From Candidatus Helarchaeota archaeon (GTDB lineage Archaea; Asgardarchaeota; Lokiarchaeia; Helarchaeales; RDOG01): a stretch of DNA of 19,572 bases. Under the pieces are notes generated by a model. That model did no database searches. It was not told the origin of the DNA and worked only from the letters and a program-made list of their open reading frames with translations. Location: positions 1 through 19,572 of the forward strand of contig JALGVI010000072.1 of assembly GCA_029838215.1 (NCBI GenBank), in the 5' to 3' direction. Within the stretch, counting starts at the first letter, position 1, and every line of letters starts with the position of its first letter. The translations under genes were made by a program, and so were the position numbers. Of the stretch, positions 16,061-19,572 are shown piece by piece.

Positions 16061-16981
16061 CTAATAATTCATCAAGGATTTTTTGAAACGTTTTAAAAAC
16101 ACGTCCTTTTTAACTCGAAAACACGTATCGATGGTTTTCACGACTGATTTTCTTCTAAATAACGCACCTCTAGTGAGTGGGTGAACAGTATTCACGTGGA
16201 GTTTTTCCGCTTTGGTTTCAAAAAGTGAAACATCACTTGCAGCAGCAATTGCAAGTGGATCGTGAAGAAAACAACCATCCAAGTGGTAGAATCTTCGTTC
16301 AAAACCAATGTAGAATTTTATTAGCCGTTCGATGAAATTGTTAATCTTCGTTTTTTTACCTAAAACCTCTTGCAAGTCCTTAGAAGTAAAAAGGAAACTG
16401 GTCGTCACGTCCAGTGGGACTAAAATCGTTGGAACCTCCGTCCGAATGCAGGCATCCGCAGCAATGACATCTGCAAAAAAATTATACTCTGCAAATGGCG
16501 TGATATTTCCGGGAACGTCGATTGCTCCGCCCATTATTATGAGCCGATTGACGTGCCGAAGTGAATCGGGATGTTTTTTCAAGAGCCGCGCGACGTTCGT
16601 GAGCGGACCTGTTGCGACCAAGTCAACATCTCCTGAAAACTCGTTCAACTTCTCATTTAAAAAATCGCTTGAATTCATTGAAACGGGACTCATTCGCGGA
16701 CGTGGAAGCTGAATGTTTGCAAGTCCATTTTCACCATGAACAAGTGCCGATGTTATCAATCGACCGCTAAATGGTTGCGAGGCTCCTTGAACAACGGGGA
16801 TGTCTTCTCTATCAATTAATTCCAAAACGCTCAATGCATTTCTTACACCATCATCAACTCTCGCATTACCTGCGACTATGCTAATGCCTAAAAGATTAAT
16901 CTCGGGCTCGTTCAGAGCAAATAAGATTGCCAATACATCGTCAATTCCCGGATCGCAATCCAGTAATATGTTCCTAATCAT
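16061..16981 (-). CDS. Inosine/uridine-preferring nucleoside hydrolase
   Basis: DCDPGIDD, HGENGL, ATGPLTN, MGG...GN...AEYNF, LDVT and LHDP motifs. The start is ATG 16981 or TTG 16999. Confidence 0.93.
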   Translation of the reverse strand: MIRNILLDCDPGIDDVLAILFALNEPEINLLGISIVAGNARVDDGVRNALSVLELIDREDIPVVQGASQPFSGRLITSALVHGENGLANIQLPRPRMSPVSMNSSDFLNEKLNEFSGDVDLVATGPLTNVARLLKKHPDSLRHVNRLIIMGGAIDVPGNITPFAEYNFFADVIAADACIRTEVPTILVPLDVTTSFLFTSKDLQEVLGKKTKINNFIERLIKFYIGFERRFYHLDGCFLHDPLAIAAASDVSLFETKAEKLHVNTVHPLTRGALFRRKSVVKTIDTCFRVKKDVFLKRFKKSLMNY

Positions 16982-17010
16982 GAGAAATTCCTGCAACAAA
17001 TTGTTTTTTT

Positions 17011-19183
17011 TTAAGACATGAGAGATGGCGAATTTAGTTTCAATAATAAATTATCAAATGCGATCGGAAGAAAAACACGTCCAATTAACCTAATGAGAAA
17101 TTGAGGGATCTCAAATGGATTCGTGAGACTAAAATTATAACTGTTTGAAGATAGCATTTCGCCATTGTGTTCCAATTTTATCTTCAAATACAAAGGACGC
17201 ACGTCATTTTCGGGATTTAACCTGAAAGAACGTTTCTTCAACCTTGAGATTGAATTCTCCGGAATTTTTTTAATCAGAACTTCTTGCTTGTCGAATATTT
17301 TTCCATGTCCATCCTGTAACTTATACATTAATTTGCAATTTTTAAAAGAAGAATGAAGATCGTTAATCAAAAAAGGTGAGACTTTGATCTCGTTTCCTTG
17401 TCGCTTCCATGTAAGGCTAACCAAGACTGGTTGATATGCCTCCTTGATCTTTTCATACGAGATTTTGGGATGTTTGAAGTAATCAATACATGACCAGCAA
17501 ACACACGGCCACGGTTCATTTAATTGCCAAAATAACGTGCCGAATATCTCATTTCCGTGTTTCAAGCCTTCTGCTTGTGCCAGTTGAGTTGTCTTCATGA
17601 ACGTTTCAGGATCACGCCAACAATCACCATACTTGCGTCCGTAACGGTCTAACTTCAACTTGGAGCCGTTATGAATCGAGATCATTTTCTTCCATTTGGA
17701 TATGTCAGGGCTGAAATACTTCAACGTGGCGAGAGAGGGTGCTGCCTGAAGCCCGTATTCGCTCACGAGCTGATCATCATTATAAATTGAAACATCGTAT
17801 CCATTAAATGAAAATAAAAGATGCCAAACAAGCCAGTTATGCCGCTCTTCCACGTAAGGCGATGTCATGAGATATGGGCGTGTCGGATCTAATTCCCTGC
17901 AGATCTTTCCTATATTTCGAAGAAGTTCTCTACTCATGAATGCATCCATTTCATTACCACCTGAATAGAAGACAACACTTGGATGATTTCGGAGTTCTTT
18001 TACGATTGCCGAGCATTCCTGTCGAATGAGCCGTTCGAAAAAACCCGGCTTTGAAAAATTTACTTGCGTGTAGTTGGCACAGGCAAAGGGAAATTCCTGC
18101 CATACCAAAATTCCTGTTTCATCGCAAATTTCATAAAACTTTTTTTTCTCTCGAATGCCGCCTCCCCAAACTCGTAACGTGTTGATATTGGCATCTTTTG
18201 CCATCTTGATTAGTTCTTCATAGTGTTCATCGACTCTTGCCAAAAAGGAGTCAGGGGGAACCCAATTCGCTCCTCTAATGAACTCGAAAAGATCATTTAC
18301 GTGAAATTGCCATCTTGCTCGATTCTTCTTAAAATAATTCGGTCTTTTTACTACAAAATCTCTTATTCCAAAGCGACCTTCAATTTGATCTTGAAGTTCG
18401 CCCTTGTTAAATAATTTTAAGCATAACGGATGTAAATAAGGCTCGCCGAGATCCCACGGATTCCATCGTTTCAAGTCTAATTCTCCAATCATTAAAAATC
18501 TCATTTGAAGAAAGGCTTGCTTCAAGCTCAATGTCTTGAATTTCATCTTGCTTGTTTTGAACGGTGATTTTCAGGATATGAGTTGGTTTCGGAGAATCAA
18601 ATTTCGATTGCAAAAAATAATCACTCAAAAAAATCTTACCCGTCTGCGTTAAAAACACGTCATCCCAAATCCCCATTGTAACAATCCGTGGCGCAAAATC
18701 CCAACCATAACTCATTTGACATTTAATTCCCTGGACGCGATTCTTTGGTGGTGGTAAGATTTGAACCAATAACCTATTGTGATCTTGAATTTGATCCGTA
18801 ACATCGAAGCCAACGCGGGAAAACATGCCCACGTGGTTTCCAAGTAATTTTTCATTCAACCAAAATCGTGCAAGATAATCCACGCCTTTAAAATTCAATT
18901 GAATGCAGCCGTTTTTTTCGGATTTTGAAAATGGAAAAGTGGCTTCGTACCACCATGTCTTTTCTTCAATCCACTTGATTTTCCTGTAATTATCATCGAC
19001 AAATGGGTCTTCAATTAATCCTGCGTTTAAAAGATCAAGCTGAACGTTTCCCGGAGTTGATGCGGGAATCCACTTGCTGTTATTTAAGTCACGGTAGGTT
19101 TTCACGCTGGAATTCTTGTCGGGAATTGCAAGTCTCCAATTGCACTCATTAAGATTAATATTTTTTCTCAAGGGGATTACCAT
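17011..19183 (-). pseudogene. GH2 beta-mannosidase split by a +1 frame change near 18500-18570 (pseudogene, recoded gene, or assembly error)
   Basis: ORF 18407-19183 has PGNVQLDL, WIEEKTWWY, GVDY and SYGWDF..GIWDDV. ORF 17011-18546 has WNPWDLGEPY, RGANWVP, LRVWGGG, WQEF, GGNE (acid/base), SEYG (nucleophile) and FWQLNEPWP. Confidence 0.8.
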
Positions 19184-19311
19184 CTTGATTTGTTTTATTG
19201 CATCGACAAAAGAGTAATTAGAATAAATTCTTTAATATTCTTATCTTTGATTTGGAATTTATAGATGTCCTAATCTTCCGATCTGAATGAACACGTCGAG
19301 GATTTAAGTTA

Positions 19312-19572
19312 ATGAGTCTCGTAGAGCAGAAAACTCGCTTGCGTCAGCTAATAAAGGAAAAAAAAGCACATCTTGAAGAAGATTTCATTCATTCAATGAG
19401 CATGACAATAATAAAGAATCTTCAGTCCTTGAATGAATATAAAAATGCGAAATTAATTATGTTTTTTGTTGGAAAAGATACTGAAGTTCAGACCGTTTCG
19501 GGGATCACGAAGGCTTTCGCCGAAAACAAACGCATTGCGGTTCCCATCACGCTCAGGGAAAAGCGAAACTTG
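19312..19572 (+). CDS. 5-formyltetrahydrofolate cyclo-ligase (3'-partial)
   Basis: Translated by hand: MSLVEQKTRLRQLIKEKKAHLEEDFIHSMSMTIIKNLQSLNEYKNAKLIMFFVGKDTEVQTVSGITKAFAENKRIAVP..., matching the K..LR...Y..AK.I......EV.T......K...VP pattern; open to the window end. Confidence 0.85.
   Translation, partial: MSLVEQKTRLRQLIKEKKAHLEEDFIHSMSMTIIKNLQSLNEYKNAKLIMFFVGKDTEVQTVSGITKAFAENKRIAVPITLREKRNL

Noticed and set aside
17011-19183. Two independent glycosidase genes, or a classical -1 programmed frameshift
   Set aside because: The two parts are complementary halves of one GH2 enzyme, the required shift is +1, and I saw no X-XXY-YYZ heptamer at the junction.
1-19572. tRNA, rRNA, IS elements, integrases, defence systems
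   Set aside because: I recognised no cloverleaf, rRNA-like segment, transposase or integrase motif, or terminal inverted repeat with target-site duplication; this was a visual scan only.

Overview
Chromosomal window from an archaeon, most likely Asgard (Loki/Hel-like). That assignment is inferred from a gelsolin-domain protein, a Roadblock-like protein, archaeal-type PurC and AsnRS, methanofuran/H4MPT genes and TATA-type promoters. In order it encodes: a 5'-partial membrane protein; purS and purC; a membrane protein; a Zn-ribbon/gelsolin/EK-helix/HhH protein; asnS; a FabK/nitronate-monooxygenase-like flavoprotein; DUF167; two tandem Ftr genes divergent from FwdG- and FwdF-like ferredoxins; a minus-strand run (metal-dependent hydrolase, Fe-S protein, Roadblock-like, GT87-like, orphan, third Ftr paralog, small ORF, nucleoside hydrolase, frame-disrupted GH2 beta-mannosidase); and the 5' part of a 5-formyl-THF cyclo-ligase. 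I recognised no rRNA, tRNA, CRISPR array or mobile element. The most notable observations are (1) a gelsolin protein that could link actin to nucleic acid, (2) three Ftr paralogs, one with the catalytic Glu replaced by Gln, (3) an intergenic hairpin with two anti-Shine-Dalgarno motifs downstream of an orphan TATA box, and (4) a GH2 gene with two apparent lesions next to the same 9-mer. All family assignments come from motif recognition from memory; no database searches were run.
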